A stretch of DNA of 64,000 nucleotides from a bacterium (GCA_024275095.1 JAJRZV010000047.1:159-64158); one strand, 5' to 3'; counted from the stretch's first letter, positions 40,358 to 50,560 are shown. Program-made: numbers and translations. The notes: generated by a model from the letters alone, not told the origin.

Positions 40358-41062
40358 TCAGGAGGTAAGGAAGAACCTCCTTGTGATCTCGTCCCAACGA
40401 TCCGGATCAAGGGCACGTGCCAATCCCTTTACAGGTAAACCGCCGTCCTGATACACAAGACCAAGATCCTGTCCCGTAAGCCTGCGAAGTTCATCTGTAG
40501 AATGTTCTATCCACTTTTTCACCACATGGCCTTTTAATAAATTCCTGAGTGCAGAAGGTCTTGAGAGCTTCACCTTTAGAAGCCAACCCTTTTCGTAAGG
40601 GTCCTGTTCCATGGTCTCGGGGGAAGTGAGCACGTCATTGTTAACACCTACAACCTCACCGTCCACAGGAGAAAGCATATCTATCTTTTTTGAATCTACA
40701 ACAAGAGCCCATCCTTTCTCTCCCTGTTCAAGCCTTGTACCTTCACGTGGTAAATCCAGTGAATTGACTTTACCAACGAGCTTTTGAGCAAAATCGTCAA
40801 GACCCACCTGAACCACGTCTCCCGAGAGTACTTTGACCCAGGTATGTCCGGGATGGAAATAATAGGGCGCTTCTGGAGGTGGGACGCGGAACCACTCCAC
40901 AATGTCATAAAGCCAACCGTGGGAGACCTCTGCTTCAGCCTCTACAGCGGGAGTGGTCAGGTAAGACCAAAAGGCAACCAGCAAAAGGAGGAAACCTATT
41001 ACCAGAAGATATTCAACGCCTTTTGTTGCGTATATGTCTATCATGGCCAGCGTCTCCATCAT
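40358..41062 (-). CDS. Membrane-anchored glycine cleavage H-like protein
   Basis: N-terminal TM (TKGVEYLL..); HPGHTWV, VGLDDFAQKLVG, SPVDGEVV.VN, DPYEKGWL; C-terminal DGG extension. Confidence 0.85.
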   Translation of the reverse strand: MMETLAMIDIYATKGVEYLLVIGFLLLLVAFWSYLTTPAVEAEAEVSHGWLYDIVEWFRVPPPEAPYYFHPGHTWVKVLSGDVVQVGLDDFAQKLVGKVNSLDLPREGTRLEQGEKGWALVVDSKKIDMLSPVDGEVVGVNNDVLTSPETMEQDPYEKGWLLKVKLSRPSALRNLLKGHVVKKWIEHSTDELRRLTGQDLGLVYQDGGLPVKGLARALDPDRWDEITRRFFLTS

Positions 41063-42303
41063 GCCACCTCCTTTTTCATCTGGACTACATTATCCTCTTC
41101 CTCCCAGCCCTTGTGTTCGGTCAACACAGGCATTCTGTTCACCACCCACCTGAAAGCCCACATTTCTGCACAAATAACTGCCAGTGTAATCACTATTTCC
41201 ATCCAGGAAGGCACGTACCTGTTGGCAGCGTCCCATTTAAAAGCGATGATAGAAACGTTCAATCTGTTGAGAAGCACACCAACAACCGTAAAGAAGGCAA
41301 CAGTTTGAATCAACTTCACATTGCGAGTTCTTACACCGTAAGTGAAAAGCAGACACGGTATTACAACAAAGCCTATGAGTTCCACCAGATACCAGTGCCC
41401 CATCGAGGTGTTCAGCAGGTGCCAGTGATTACCGTGAGCAATACTTATGATTTTTAATGTGAAGTAGAGAAACAGTGTACCTGCAGCAGCTTTTCCGAGT
41501 CCCACTACAATATCATCAAAGGAGGCATGGTGCTCCGGGTCCACCTGAAACACTTTATGCGAGATGGAACTTTCCACAATGACCATGGAAAGTCCTCCAA
41601 AAATGCTGGACACAAAGAAAAGAACCGGAAGATTGGTATACCAGAGAGGATGAACTTTTGTGGGAGCCATGAGGAATAAAGCCCCAAGAGCCGACTGGTG
41701 CAACGTGGACAACGTGATCCCAAAAATCACCGCTCCCACCGTAAGTCCTCCAACGATCTGTCGAATTCTTTTCCACCCGAGCCATTCGGTAATAGCAGGA
41801 CTGAATTCCACAAATTCACAAATGGTGTAGAGAAAAAAATGCCACGCGATGAGAAATAACACCGAACTGAGTCCAAAGGAGTTACCAATCAGAGGATTAA
41901 TGACGTGCCATGGGCGGCCAAGATCCAGTAAAAGGGCACCACCATAAAAGCAATACCCCAGAAACCCTGTAAGAACCGCCGGTCTTACGATTGGATGGTA
42001 TTTTTCAAGTCCCAGTATATACACCATAAAAGGAATTACATATCCACCAGCAGCAATAGCCACACCCCCCATTACGTCGAACCCGATCCATATCCCCCAT
42101 GGAAAATCCTGTGACAGGTTGGTGGTAGCGCCCAGGCCTTTTACAAATCGAATCACAATAAGTACGCCACCAGCGAGGATAATTGCTCCGGTGATGACAT
42201 TAAAAGGAGTGAGTATCTTCCCCTTTGGTTTCAACTCGCTAATGATGAACCTGACAAAGTTTCCGACTTCGGACATGAGATTTTTCCTTTCGGCAGTGTT
42301 CAT
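41059..42303 (-). CDS. NrfD/PsrC-family membrane subunit (HybB/HmcC-like)
   Basis: TNLSQDFPWGIWIGFD, DLGRPW, LSTLHQSALG, YVPSWME; about 10 TM. Confidence 0.92.
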   Translation of the reverse strand: MNTAERKNLMSEVGNFVRFIISELKPKGKILTPFNVITGAIILAGGVLIVIRFVKGLGATTNLSQDFPWGIWIGFDVMGGVAIAAGGYVIPFMVYILGLEKYHPIVRPAVLTGFLGYCFYGGALLLDLGRPWHVINPLIGNSFGLSSVLFLIAWHFFLYTICEFVEFSPAITEWLGWKRIRQIVGGLTVGAVIFGITLSTLHQSALGALFLMAPTKVHPLWYTNLPVLFFVSSIFGGLSMVIVESSISHKVFQVDPEHHASFDDIVVGLGKAAAGTLFLYFTLKIISIAHGNHWHLLNTSMGHWYLVELIGFVVIPCLLFTYGVRTRNVKLIQTVAFFTVVGVLLNRLNVSIIAFKWDAANRYVPSWMEIVITLAVICAEMWAFRWVVNRMPVLTEHKGWEEEDNVVQMKKEVA

Positions 42304-42316
42304 TTTGTCCCCTCCT

Positions 42317-43195
42317 TCATTTAGCTTTTTTCACTTCTTCTTTTTTCACCTCTTCCCTGCGAGCATGGCTGATGCCCAGCAGAAAAGCAGGCCATATAAG
42401 AAGGACAAGAGAAACCCCGTAAAGGAATTCCTTTGTCAGTTCAGGATATGGTCTTGTGCCTACATTCGTGGGGAATCCAAGCTGTTCGAAGGGGACAGCA
42501 GCAAGGTACAACCATCCGGTGCCACCAACTTCGTGTTCGCCATAAACATGATGGACGTATTTATCAGGATTGTTATAAATACGCCTCTTTGCTTCTTCAA
42601 GAAGTTCACCCCTTTTACCAAAGACGATCGCTTCCTCAGGACATGCCTCCACGCACGCCGGCTGTTCTCCTTTCTCCAGCCTTTCGTAACACATGATGCA
42701 TTTGCGGATGCGGGGGTTAGGGCTGTCGTATTCAAACTTCGGAATATCGAAAGGACACGAAATCATACAATAACGACAGCCCATGCATTTATTCCCCCGC
42801 CAGATCACAGGACCTTCTGGTGTTTTATACATGGCCTTAACCAGACACGCCGATGCACAGGCAGGTTGATTACAGTGCATGCACTGTTTCTTCGCGTATA
42901 CCGTGCCCTTTTCTGTTTCATACCGATTTACCACGGTCCAGTGGTTCGGGTCAGTTTTACGATGCCTCTCGAACACAGATTCATCATCAATATCAGGCAC
43001 CGGAAGACCGTGAGCTTCTGCACACGCCTCTTCACAACTTCGACAACCAATGCACCGTGTGGTATCCACCAGTACAGAAGCCATTTCATTGAACACATCC
43101 TGGGCTGACTTCAAAGTACCGGCAGATGCAAGACCCCCGGTAAGGAGGGCTCCACCTGAAATCGCCGCAGTTTTGAGGAAGTCTCTTCGTCTCAT
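42317..43195 (-). CDS. Tat-exported 4x[4Fe-4S] ferredoxin subunit (HybA/HmcB-like)
   Basis: MRRRDFLK Tat motif; CIGCRSC, CMHCNQPAC, CMGCRYC..CP, CIMC..ACVEACP; YGEHEVGGT; C-terminal TM. Confidence 0.93.
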   Translation of the reverse strand: MRRRDFLKTAAISGGALLTGGLASAGTLKSAQDVFNEMASVLVDTTRCIGCRSCEEACAEAHGLPVPDIDDESVFERHRKTDPNHWTVVNRYETEKGTVYAKKQCMHCNQPACASACLVKAMYKTPEGPVIWRGNKCMGCRYCMISCPFDIPKFEYDSPNPRIRKCIMCYERLEKGEQPACVEACPEEAIVFGKRGELLEEAKRRIYNNPDKYVHHVYGEHEVGGTGWLYLAAVPFEQLGFPTNVGTRPYPELTKEFLYGVSLVLLIWPAFLLGISHARREEVKKEEVKKAK

Positions 43196-43212
43196 TTCCG
43201 TTTACCTCCTTA

Positions 43213-43845
43213 TCAGGCTTTCTCTAAAAACTCTTTCACAATTGCCTGCCAGTGCTCTTTGTCTATTTTCTCGGAAAGTCCTTTAGGCACCTCTCCTCCA
43301 TCTGCTACAGTCACTCCAACTTCGGCGCTGAGGAAGTGATGGAGTCGATCTGATTCTCTCAACAGCCACTCTTTCGCCTTTTCACCGGAATAGAGGTCTT
43401 TCAAACCTCTCTTTTGTACCTTCATTTTGAGTATCCACCCTTCGCCGTAAGGGTCTTCTGAAACCACTTCCGGACGATGCAAGACAGTGGAGTTCACCTC
43501 CACTACCGTTCCATCAATGGGCCCAGGAACATTTACTTCTCCAGCATGGGCAGCGATCCTTATTGACGGCTTCCCTCTTCTCACCTCTCTTTTGGGCGGA
43601 ATTATCTCGCGAATGCGTCCAATAAGACGGACAGCAAAATCATCCAGACCGACCCTTGCAACCTCCTTCTCTTCAGGCTGAATCCACGTATGTACTGGTG
43701 AATAGAACCGGTCACCCGCAAAAACGAAACCGTGAACCTTCTCTATCCCCTCTGTTTTCACCCGCTGGCTCAACATCTGAGCCACCGCTATGGCACCCAT
43801 AACCACGAAAATCAAAAAAATCGCCACGTAACCCATAACGTTCAC
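43213..43845 (-). CDS. Membrane-anchored glycine cleavage H-like protein
   Basis: N-terminal TM; HTWI, RVGLDDFA, PIDGTVVEVN, DPYGEGWI; C-terminal ADGG. Confidence 0.85.
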   Translation of the reverse strand: MNVMGYVAIFLIFVVMGAIAVAQMLSQRVKTEGIEKVHGFVFAGDRFYSPVHTWIQPEEKEVARVGLDDFAVRLIGRIREIIPPKREVRRGKPSIRIAAHAGEVNVPGPIDGTVVEVNSTVLHRPEVVSEDPYGEGWILKMKVQKRGLKDLYSGEKAKEWLLRESDRLHHFLSAEVGVTVADGGEVPKGLSEKIDKEHWQAIVKEFLEKA

Positions 43846-44600
43846 CTCCTTTTCCTTTTTTTAAAAAAGCTTCTTGCCACCATCCCCCATTCCACCTGGT
43901 CGAGCTGCTTGTGCAAGCCAGGCATAATCTCTCCCCCGTCAGCAACAACCACGCCCAGTCTTTCCTCGAGAATTCTGTGCAGCTTATCAACTTCCTTTTC
44001 TATCCAATTTTTCACGCTCTCTCCGTGCAAGAGATTTTCGAGTGCATTTTGATCTTCAGGTTCTATCTCGCAGATCCAGCCCTCGAGATAGGGATCTCTC
44101 GTGAGGAGGCCGGGGTCTGCCTTTAAAGACTCATTTATTCCCACGACTGTACCGCTTACCGGGGAAAGCAGGCGTACTGATTTATCCCCGCACTTCACTT
44201 CACAAAGCACCTCCCCCTCTTTAACGAGACTTCCAGGCTCCGGGAGTTGAAGAGAAGAGACTCCATCCAGCAATCTGCTCCCAAAATGATCAAGTCCCAC
44301 TGACACGCGATTACGACCAGGCTTTACCCACAGGTGAGCAGGGTGATAGTAGAGATTCTTCATGAAGTAATAACCTCTTACCTTCTCGAGAAATGGCCTT
44401 ATGAGAGACTCCCTGTAAAACGGACACAAATGATACTCACCGGACGTGCACAGCGAAGGCTCCTTTTCAATGGACTCCAGGGGAATGGGTTTGCGCGTGG
44501 GAGCTTCACGACAGAATCCCACTGTTACAATCTCCAGGTGAGGACACTTGCCTCTTGTTTTCCTTTTTCGAGACTTTTTGAGGGTTACCTTTTTTCTCAT
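43842..44600 (-). CDS. Glycine cleavage H-like protein with N-terminal 4-Cys domain
   Basis: GGAGG SD (44608-44612) before ATG 44600; CPHL..FC..LC..LCP; HLWV, VGLDHF, SPVSGTVV, DPYLEGWI, ADGG. Confidence 0.83.
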   Translation of the reverse strand: MRKKVTLKKSRKRKTRGKCPHLEIVTVGFCREAPTRKPIPLESIEKEPSLCTSGEYHLCPFYRESLIRPFLEKVRGYYFMKNLYYHPAHLWVKPGRNRVSVGLDHFGSRLLDGVSSLQLPEPGSLVKEGEVLCEVKCGDKSVRLLSPVSGTVVGINESLKADPGLLTRDPYLEGWICEIEPEDQNALENLLHGESVKNWIEKEVDKLHRILEERLGVVVADGGEIMPGLHKQLDQVEWGMVARSFFKKRKRR

Positions 44601-44627
44601 TTTATCGCCTCCTGGACATGCCAATGT

Positions 44628-44643
44628 AGCAAATGCCATGCCA
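44628..44643 (-). promoter_or_regulatory. Sigma-54 (-24/-12) promoter
   Basis: Minus strand reads TGGCATGGCATTTGCT, matching TGGCAC-N5-TTGCW with exact GG-N10-GC spacing, about 27 nt upstream of the operon start. Confidence 0.85.
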
Positions 44644-44891
44644 CCATGGGCAATGGTCTCCAAAAGCACTACAGTAAAGGATTCTGAGAGACTCGCTATT
44701 TCTTCAGCGACCCTCAGAGTGTAGAAAAATTCATCTGTCGTGTTGCATTCTTCGACACACTTCTAAGACACACTGCGTCAACAATTCCGGTTTGCGTCAA
44801 AATGATAAAATGGGAACAAAAATTTAGTTTTTAGAGATAGGGTACGGATAAAAAGCAAGTCCATTGTGAATATTTGATAAACCCGAACTCG

Positions 44892-45130
44892 GGCATCCCT
44901 CACGAACTCACAAAACCCAGATGCCCACAACAAAATGCTTTCGTCGAATCTTTCTTCAGCTCCTTTGAAAAAGAAGTACAGCAAAAAATGACTTTTGAAA
45001 ACTTTGAACACCTTAAAAAAAGCCCGCTCGGCTTTTATCGAATTCTATAATCGTGTCCAAAATATGAAAATATGGGGGTTACACCACCAGGGGCTATGGA
45101 CTGGTTCAATGAAATTTGAAACTCCATAGT
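44892..45130 (+). mobile_element. IS3/IS481-type transposase (integrase core) C-terminal remnant
   Basis: Translates GIPHELTKPRCPQQNAFVESFFSSFEKE...; after a frameshift, AFIEFYN; no start or N-terminus; limits approximate. Confidence 0.7.
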
Positions 45131-45213
45131 GTTCAAAGTCACTGGCTTCGCCTCTGTATGGACTGCGGTGGGGAAAACGTCCCTGTTGATACTCAACGGA
45201 AGAATAAAAAAAG

Positions 45214-45506
45214 AATAAAAAACCCGGGATTTTCAAAATTCCCAACAGATTGCTCATCATGTCTGCGCTCAGCCTCGTCTGCGTGATAATTGAAATATAT
45301 CTCAACAGGGCTGGACTTCTGGTGTGGGAATATTCCTGGAGGAACGCCCGCTTTCCATTTCTCATTTTTCTGATAGGATGCATGCCGTTTTTTCTCATGT
45401 GTTTCTACGTTTATATAACCTCGATGACCTGAGAAAGCAGAGAAAGGCTCTGAACATAACCTTCGGCACCGACATTTCCCTCTTCATTAGTGCCTGGCTT
45501 ACTTAA
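45214..45506 (+). pseudogene. Fragment of a membrane protein gene
   Basis: IFKIPNRLLIMSALSLVCVIIEIYLNRAGLLVWEYSW..FPFLIFLIG, continuing in another frame as YNLDDLRKQ; no 5' portion. Confidence 0.45.
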
Positions 45507-45537
45507 CTCTCAACACCTTTAAATCGGCACACACATG

Positions 45538-46950
45538 TTAAAACGTGAACTCTGCGAGAACATAAACCATATCAAATTTTTTGAACAGTCCAAATTTTGT
45601 GCTGGGTTTGCCGTCAACTATCATGGAACCTGCCTTGATGGAAAGACTGTCCACTGGATAATATTCAAGTTCAGGAAAAATTGCATAAGAATTGGAATCA
45701 AGAAAATCACTGTAATCAGATACATTGAGGAGAAAACTTAGCCCTACCTTCAGAACTTCGGATATTACCTGATATTCACCTCTCATAAGGTAATAATCCT
45801 CTATTTCGCTTTCAAATCCCGGACGTCCCAGACCAGAATTTTCTGCTCTTTGAGTAAAGTCCATTTCATCAAAAAATCCGTGTATGTACTGAAAGTTGGT
45901 GTAGATTCCGTTTCCCACGCTGAAGGTGTAATCAAGACCTGCTACGAATTTCACGTATGCTTTTTCAAAAGCACTGCAGGTCTCACTCGTGAGCAAGTTT
46001 TTAAATTTCCAGTCTTCGGGTATGAAAATGCCCAGTTCTCCCCACCACCCGATGCTGAAGAGTTCTCCTGAAAATTCCAGACCCACCACCTGCAGAGATG
46101 GATAACCATATGTTACGGAAACCGCCACAGGAAAGGTTTGAATATTGCCTGAAATTTCCGATATAACGGGCATGTCAAAAAAACCCCTAAAGTATGAAAG
46201 AGCATAATCAATGTTAAATACTGTTCCAAAAAGACGGATCCCCCAGGGATTGTTGTCAGGCCTCCACGCAGGCATTTCTAAGTTCTGAACCACATTGATA
46301 GAAGACCCTTCAAACAATGGGAATTCTTCGACAAGTTCTCTTCTCATCACCTCTCCTGCCATTTCCCAGAATCCCAGGGGAAAGGACGCAGGTTTAAAGG
46401 AAAAAGTATAATTAACCTCCAGATTCACATAATCTGAAAAGTAATAGGTGAGGGATAAAACGGGGGTAGGGATGCTCTCCCCAAAATAATCAGGGTCAAA
46501 CGTCACAAAATTCGCCCAGTCTGAAGGATTGATGTTATCAAGGACGTGAATTTTATCTGCCTTGCCCCATTTGAGTCTCTGCTTACCAAGTTTTAAATCA
46601 AGGTTCTCAAGTCCGAAGCCCTCCACCTTGAAATAAGCCTCATAGAGAACAAGATCAAAAGAATTTATCTTTCCCCACCCTATGCCCTCTGTATCTGAGA
46701 GTTTCTCTACAGAAGGAACGTCCATGTATATAAAGTCAGCTCGGATAAAGTAATCTATATTTTCTCCAACCGTGCCTTCCACGTGGATTCTCGCATCTCC
46801 TTTGTTCAGGTAAAACTTCCCTGCTCTGTGAGGATAAAAGAACTCCTGAGAATCGGTTGTGAAAATTGTCGTGTAATACCTGAGCTTCCCTCCCACGGAA
46901 GCGTTGAGAGAAAGGGGAAGTATTAACGCAAAGAGAATGCCATTCATCAC
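45538..46950 (-). CDS. Outer-membrane beta-barrel protein (DUF1302-like)
   Basis: Signal peptide, LYEAY, LGKQRLKWGKAD..DNINP, terminal AEFTF. Confidence 0.8.
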   Translation of the reverse strand: MMNGILFALILPLSLNASVGGKLRYYTTIFTTDSQEFFYPHRAGKFYLNKGDARIHVEGTVGENIDYFIRADFIYMDVPSVEKLSDTEGIGWGKINSFDLVLYEAYFKVEGFGLENLDLKLGKQRLKWGKADKIHVLDNINPSDWANFVTFDPDYFGESIPTPVLSLTYYFSDYVNLEVNYTFSFKPASFPLGFWEMAGEVMRRELVEEFPLFEGSSINVVQNLEMPAWRPDNNPWGIRLFGTVFNIDYALSYFRGFFDMPVISEISGNIQTFPVAVSVTYGYPSLQVVGLEFSGELFSIGWWGELGIFIPEDWKFKNLLTSETCSAFEKAYVKFVAGLDYTFSVGNGIYTNFQYIHGFFDEMDFTQRAENSGLGRPGFESEIEDYYLMRGEYQVISEVLKVGLSFLLNVSDYSDFLDSNSYAIFPELEYYPVDSLSIKAGSMIVDGKPSTKFGLFKKFDMVYVLAEFTF

Positions 46951-47711
46951 CTTACCCTCCTTTTTAGATTTCTCTGCGTGAAGAGTTTGTCCGGAAGTCC
47001 CGTGTCAAATTCAATGTTTTCCATCTTCAGGAGGGTCCTGTGCTCCTTTTTCACATCCTCCACCTCCATTTCAACCATTGCCCAGTATTTTCCAATTTTT
47101 CTATGCTTCGCCCTGAACACCTTCCAGAGATTTCCTCCTTCGTCATATTTTTTTATCTCCACAGGAAACCAGGATCTTTTATCTATCTTTAGGTCCATTG
47201 TGGGATAAGGTTTATCTGACCCCTTTTTCCTCTCCGCTTTCAAATAATAGAAATTTTCATCCTCTTTCACAATTTCAGCAGTGTAATGCTTTTCGTAATG
47301 AGATGTAGACATGTCATCATAAGACAGATCTGACCCCATGAAGCTTTCATTTTTCGTGTGCGATGCTATTCTCCTAACTTTTTTGAACGCTGGCATGTAG
47401 AGGTACATCCTGTCATCAGCCAGAACCAAAAAACCTACTCCCCTCACGTCAGGAGGTGAGATAAATTTTATCAGTCTCCAGTCATCCTTGCCGGGAATGG
47501 TTTTCTGCCATACCTTCATCTTTCTTACCTTTTTATTGCCTCGTTTATCCACTAAGGTCATCACCATTGTCATCTCCTGGTCCCGTGGTGCGGAGAAAGT
47601 TTCATCCACTTTTGTGAGTATTTCATCCCCTGTAATTGCCAAAGAACTCAGAGGAATTAACAATCCCGAAAACACTCCTGCAACCACCAAGTATTTGAAG
47701 CAGGTCTTCAT
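46947..47711 (-). CDS. Outer membrane lipoprotein-sorting (LolA-like) protein
   Basis: Signal peptide; FISPPDVRGVGFL, YMPAFKKVRRI, SFMGSDLSYDD, FTQRNL. Confidence 0.88.
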   Translation of the reverse strand: MKTCFKYLVVAGVFSGLLIPLSSLAITGDEILTKVDETFSAPRDQEMTMVMTLVDKRGNKKVRKMKVWQKTIPGKDDWRLIKFISPPDVRGVGFLVLADDRMYLYMPAFKKVRRIASHTKNESFMGSDLSYDDMSTSHYEKHYTAEIVKEDENFYYLKAERKKGSDKPYPTMDLKIDKRSWFPVEIKKYDEGGNLWKVFRAKHRKIGKYWAMVEMEVEDVKKEHRTLLKMENIEFDTGLPDKLFTQRNLKRRVR

Positions 47712-50560
47712 CTCGCACCTCCTTTTCTCAAACTTTTCTGTATAAAAGGACTGGCGCCCACAATCATGAGAAGGGGACCTATAAATCCCAGAACCACTGC
47801 TGCGGAGAGGAGGAGCATGGCTGACGTGAGCATACCGAACACCTTAAGGGGTTTAAGGGAAGATAGAAGAAGCACCAGGAACCCACCTCCAACAGATATT
47901 GCGTTGGCGAGAATCGCCCTGCCTGCAGTCCTGAAAACGTCCAATATGCTTTTTCTGATGTCACCTGTTTCCCTGAAGGCTTCCCTTAGCCTGTGAAGAA
48001 GGTGAATGGAATAGTCAATCCCTGCACCTATTGCAATTGAGCCCATCAGCATGGTCATGTAATCAAGAGGGGAAGAGGTGATGGGAAGAAGCGCGTAGGA
48101 TATTGCAATGGTGAGGAGAATGGGCAGTATACCAATCACCCCCAGCACAGGAGAGCGAAATTCAGCGCTTATGAGGAAAAACACCACAAAGAAGGAAAGC
48201 GCCATGGAAGTCCAAAAGGAGCGAACCATAAATTTATCCAGTTGATTGACCAGAGGAGGCATTCCCGTTTGAATAAAATTAACAGTTATTTTTTCACCGC
48301 TGTAATTGCCTTTCACTATCTGAAACCTGTCTGTTAAGCCATATAAAATGCCAGTGACTTTCTTCTTGAGTTCAGGGATTTTATCAATTTCAGGAACAGA
48401 GGATCTGAGCAATTCCGTGATTTTTTTCACCGTCATCTCCTGCAGGAGGAAACGTTCAATATCCCTGAGTTCCACAAAAAGGTCTTCTATCAGGTCAAAA
48501 TCCTTCGGAGGCACATACTCTTTCACTGCTTCAGCAAAAGTTTTTCTATCTTTAAGTGTAGCAAGTGCCTTTTTCGCAAACTCCGAAACCTTGCTCTCAT
48601 CAATTAACACAACTGATTCATCGCTCCGCAAGTATTTTTCTATTTGAGAGGTAAGTTTCGCCTTCAGAAACGAGTCATCTGGAGGTGAGAAAAGGGAGTT
48701 CAATGAGGAGACAATTTTTTCTTCAGATATTTTTCTGTTCGTATACTTCAAAATAAGTGTTGAGAGGAGTTCAGCCTTTTCGGGGAAAACGTGTTTCTTC
48801 ATTAAGGTAATCTTCTCTTCATCTGTCATGTTTTCTGTATCAATAATGGTGTAGGTGCCGTTTATATTGCGAAGTATTTTTTCTATTCGGACATCAATTT
48901 TTTTCATCAGCGCTGTGTCTATCTCCCTCACTCTACCCATTGCAAGGAGCTTCTTCTCATCCCCCGAGACAAGCTGTTCCATGATGTCCTGACCTTCAAG
49001 CATAAGCCAAAGGTTTGCCACCCCTTCATCCGTATCAGGAACTTTGAACCTCCCGTAAAGTTGATAGTTCATTTCAGCGAGCAGGTCCGCAACACTCTGG
49101 AAAGAACTCACGTCTTCAATTTCGTCCAGAAAAATTTCAACATCAAAAAGTTTTTTGAGAAGAGCAGAATTTTTAATCGTGCCTCCATCATCAGAAGAAT
49201 AGTAAATGAGCACGGGCATTGCTCCGTCAAAGTGTTCTTCCATGATGCGCGATGCTATGCGCGGAGCACTGTTCTCCGGGAAGAACGTGGTGAAATTCAC
49301 TTCCCTGCTTATGCGAGGTAATAAAAAAAGGGAACCAACCGCAAGGAACAGCCAGAAGAATATGAAAAATAAAGGTTTCTGTAATATGAATTCTCCTGCT
49401 TTCAAAAGCAGTCTGAACTCCCTGCGCTCACCCACAGTAACCAGAGATTTACGGGAAAGGGGAAATGTGCTCAGAAGAGCAGGGAAAAATGTGACCGACA
49501 GTATAAAGCACCAGAAAATCCCACCTGCTGTGAAAATTCCAAAGTGTTTTATTATGGTGAGCCTGGCAACTACGAAGGATGCAAAGCCGGCAAGGGTGGT
49601 AAAAGCAGCCATTGCCACTGGAGGAAGGATACTGTCCAGCCCTTCTGAACACGCCTGCTGAAAGTCTCTCTCACGGGCGTAAAGGGAAATTCTGTTGAAA
49701 ACGTGTATTCCGTAAGCACTTCCCATTGCTATGATGACCACGGGCATGATGGGAGAAATCATGGTCATGGGAACGTTGAAAACAGGAAGCAAAGCGAACA
49801 TGAGTACAGACCCAACGAACATTGACCCCAGAATGAAAAGCACAACCTTCACGCTTCTGAAGGTGACAAACAAAACAATCAAAATGAAAATAATCACCAC
49901 GGGCAGAAGTGTCTGCAGGTCCTTTACCGCAAACATATTGCCATAGAGAGCACTGACAGGCATCCCCCCGAAATACAACTTCACACTGTCTTTCCACTTT
50001 TCCGCTACGCGCTGGCTTTCCTTAATGACTCTCTCGCTCACTGCAATTTCATCATGCTGTCCGGAGAGAAATACGCTGATGGCAGTGAATTTCCCATCCT
50101 CTGAAACAATTGATTTTCTGAACATCTCCTTTGACAAGACATATTCACGGAGTTTTCTCAGTCCTTCTTCATCTGGGATATCCTTTATAAGTTCTGCAAC
50201 CTCCACTCCGCCCTCTATCTTCTTTATGTCGGTCATGTTTATGATGCTTATCACATTTCTCACGCCCTGAATCTTCTTGAGAGAAGAAGATATTTCCCTC
50301 ACGCACTCAAGGACATCCTTCTGGAAAACATCTCCTTTCAAACTCTCAACCACTATCATATCCATTTTGCTCGTTCCGAACTCCTTGCTCACGTGAATGA
50401 ACAATCCTGCAATGGGATCCTTTTTGGGCAAAAAGCTCTCAATACGGTTATCCATGTATATTCTGGTGAGCATGTAGCCTCCTGCAAGGAGAAACAGAGA
50501 GGTGAGTAAAATAATAAACTTTCTGTGTTTTACTACTTTATCTCCATAAACAACCTTCAC
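47708..50560 (-). CDS. MMPL/RND family transporter
   Basis: Two TM bundles with GSAYGIH and GAGIDYSIH motifs; large extracytoplasmic loops. Confidence 0.9.
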   Translation of the reverse strand: MKVVYGDKVVKHRKFIILLTSLFLLAGGYMLTRIYMDNRIESFLPKKDPIAGLFIHVSKEFGTSKMDMIVVESLKGDVFQKDVLECVREISSSLKKIQGVRNVISIINMTDIKKIEGGVEVAELIKDIPDEEGLRKLREYVLSKEMFRKSIVSEDGKFTAISVFLSGQHDEIAVSERVIKESQRVAEKWKDSVKLYFGGMPVSALYGNMFAVKDLQTLLPVVIIFILIVLFVTFRSVKVVLFILGSMFVGSVLMFALLPVFNVPMTMISPIMPVVIIAMGSAYGIHVFNRISLYARERDFQQACSEGLDSILPPVAMAAFTTLAGFASFVVARLTIIKHFGIFTAGGIFWCFILSVTFFPALLSTFPLSRKSLVTVGERREFRLLLKAGEFILQKPLFFIFFWLFLAVGSLFLLPRISREVNFTTFFPENSAPRIASRIMEEHFDGAMPVLIYYSSDDGGTIKNSALLKKLFDVEIFLDEIEDVSSFQSVADLLAEMNYQLYGRFKVPDTDEGVANLWLMLEGQDIMEQLVSGDEKKLLAMGRVREIDTALMKKIDVRIEKILRNINGTYTIIDTENMTDEEKITLMKKHVFPEKAELLSTLILKYTNRKISEEKIVSSLNSLFSPPDDSFLKAKLTSQIEKYLRSDESVVLIDESKVSEFAKKALATLKDRKTFAEAVKEYVPPKDFDLIEDLFVELRDIERFLLQEMTVKKITELLRSSVPEIDKIPELKKKVTGILYGLTDRFQIVKGNYSGEKITVNFIQTGMPPLVNQLDKFMVRSFWTSMALSFFVVFFLISAEFRSPVLGVIGILPILLTIAISYALLPITSSPLDYMTMLMGSIAIGAGIDYSIHLLHRLREAFRETGDIRKSILDVFRTAGRAILANAISVGGGFLVLLLSSLKPLKVFGMLTSAMLLLSAAVVLGFIGPLLMIVGASPFIQKSLRKGGAR

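Noticed and set aside
42119-43108. 329-aa plus-strand ORF
   Set aside because: Antisense to the well-supported Fe-S and NrfD genes
40358-44600. Glycine cleavage system or hydrogenase-2 operon
   Set aside because: No GcvP/T/L, no in-register lipoyl Lys, and no NiFe large or small subunit or maturation genes
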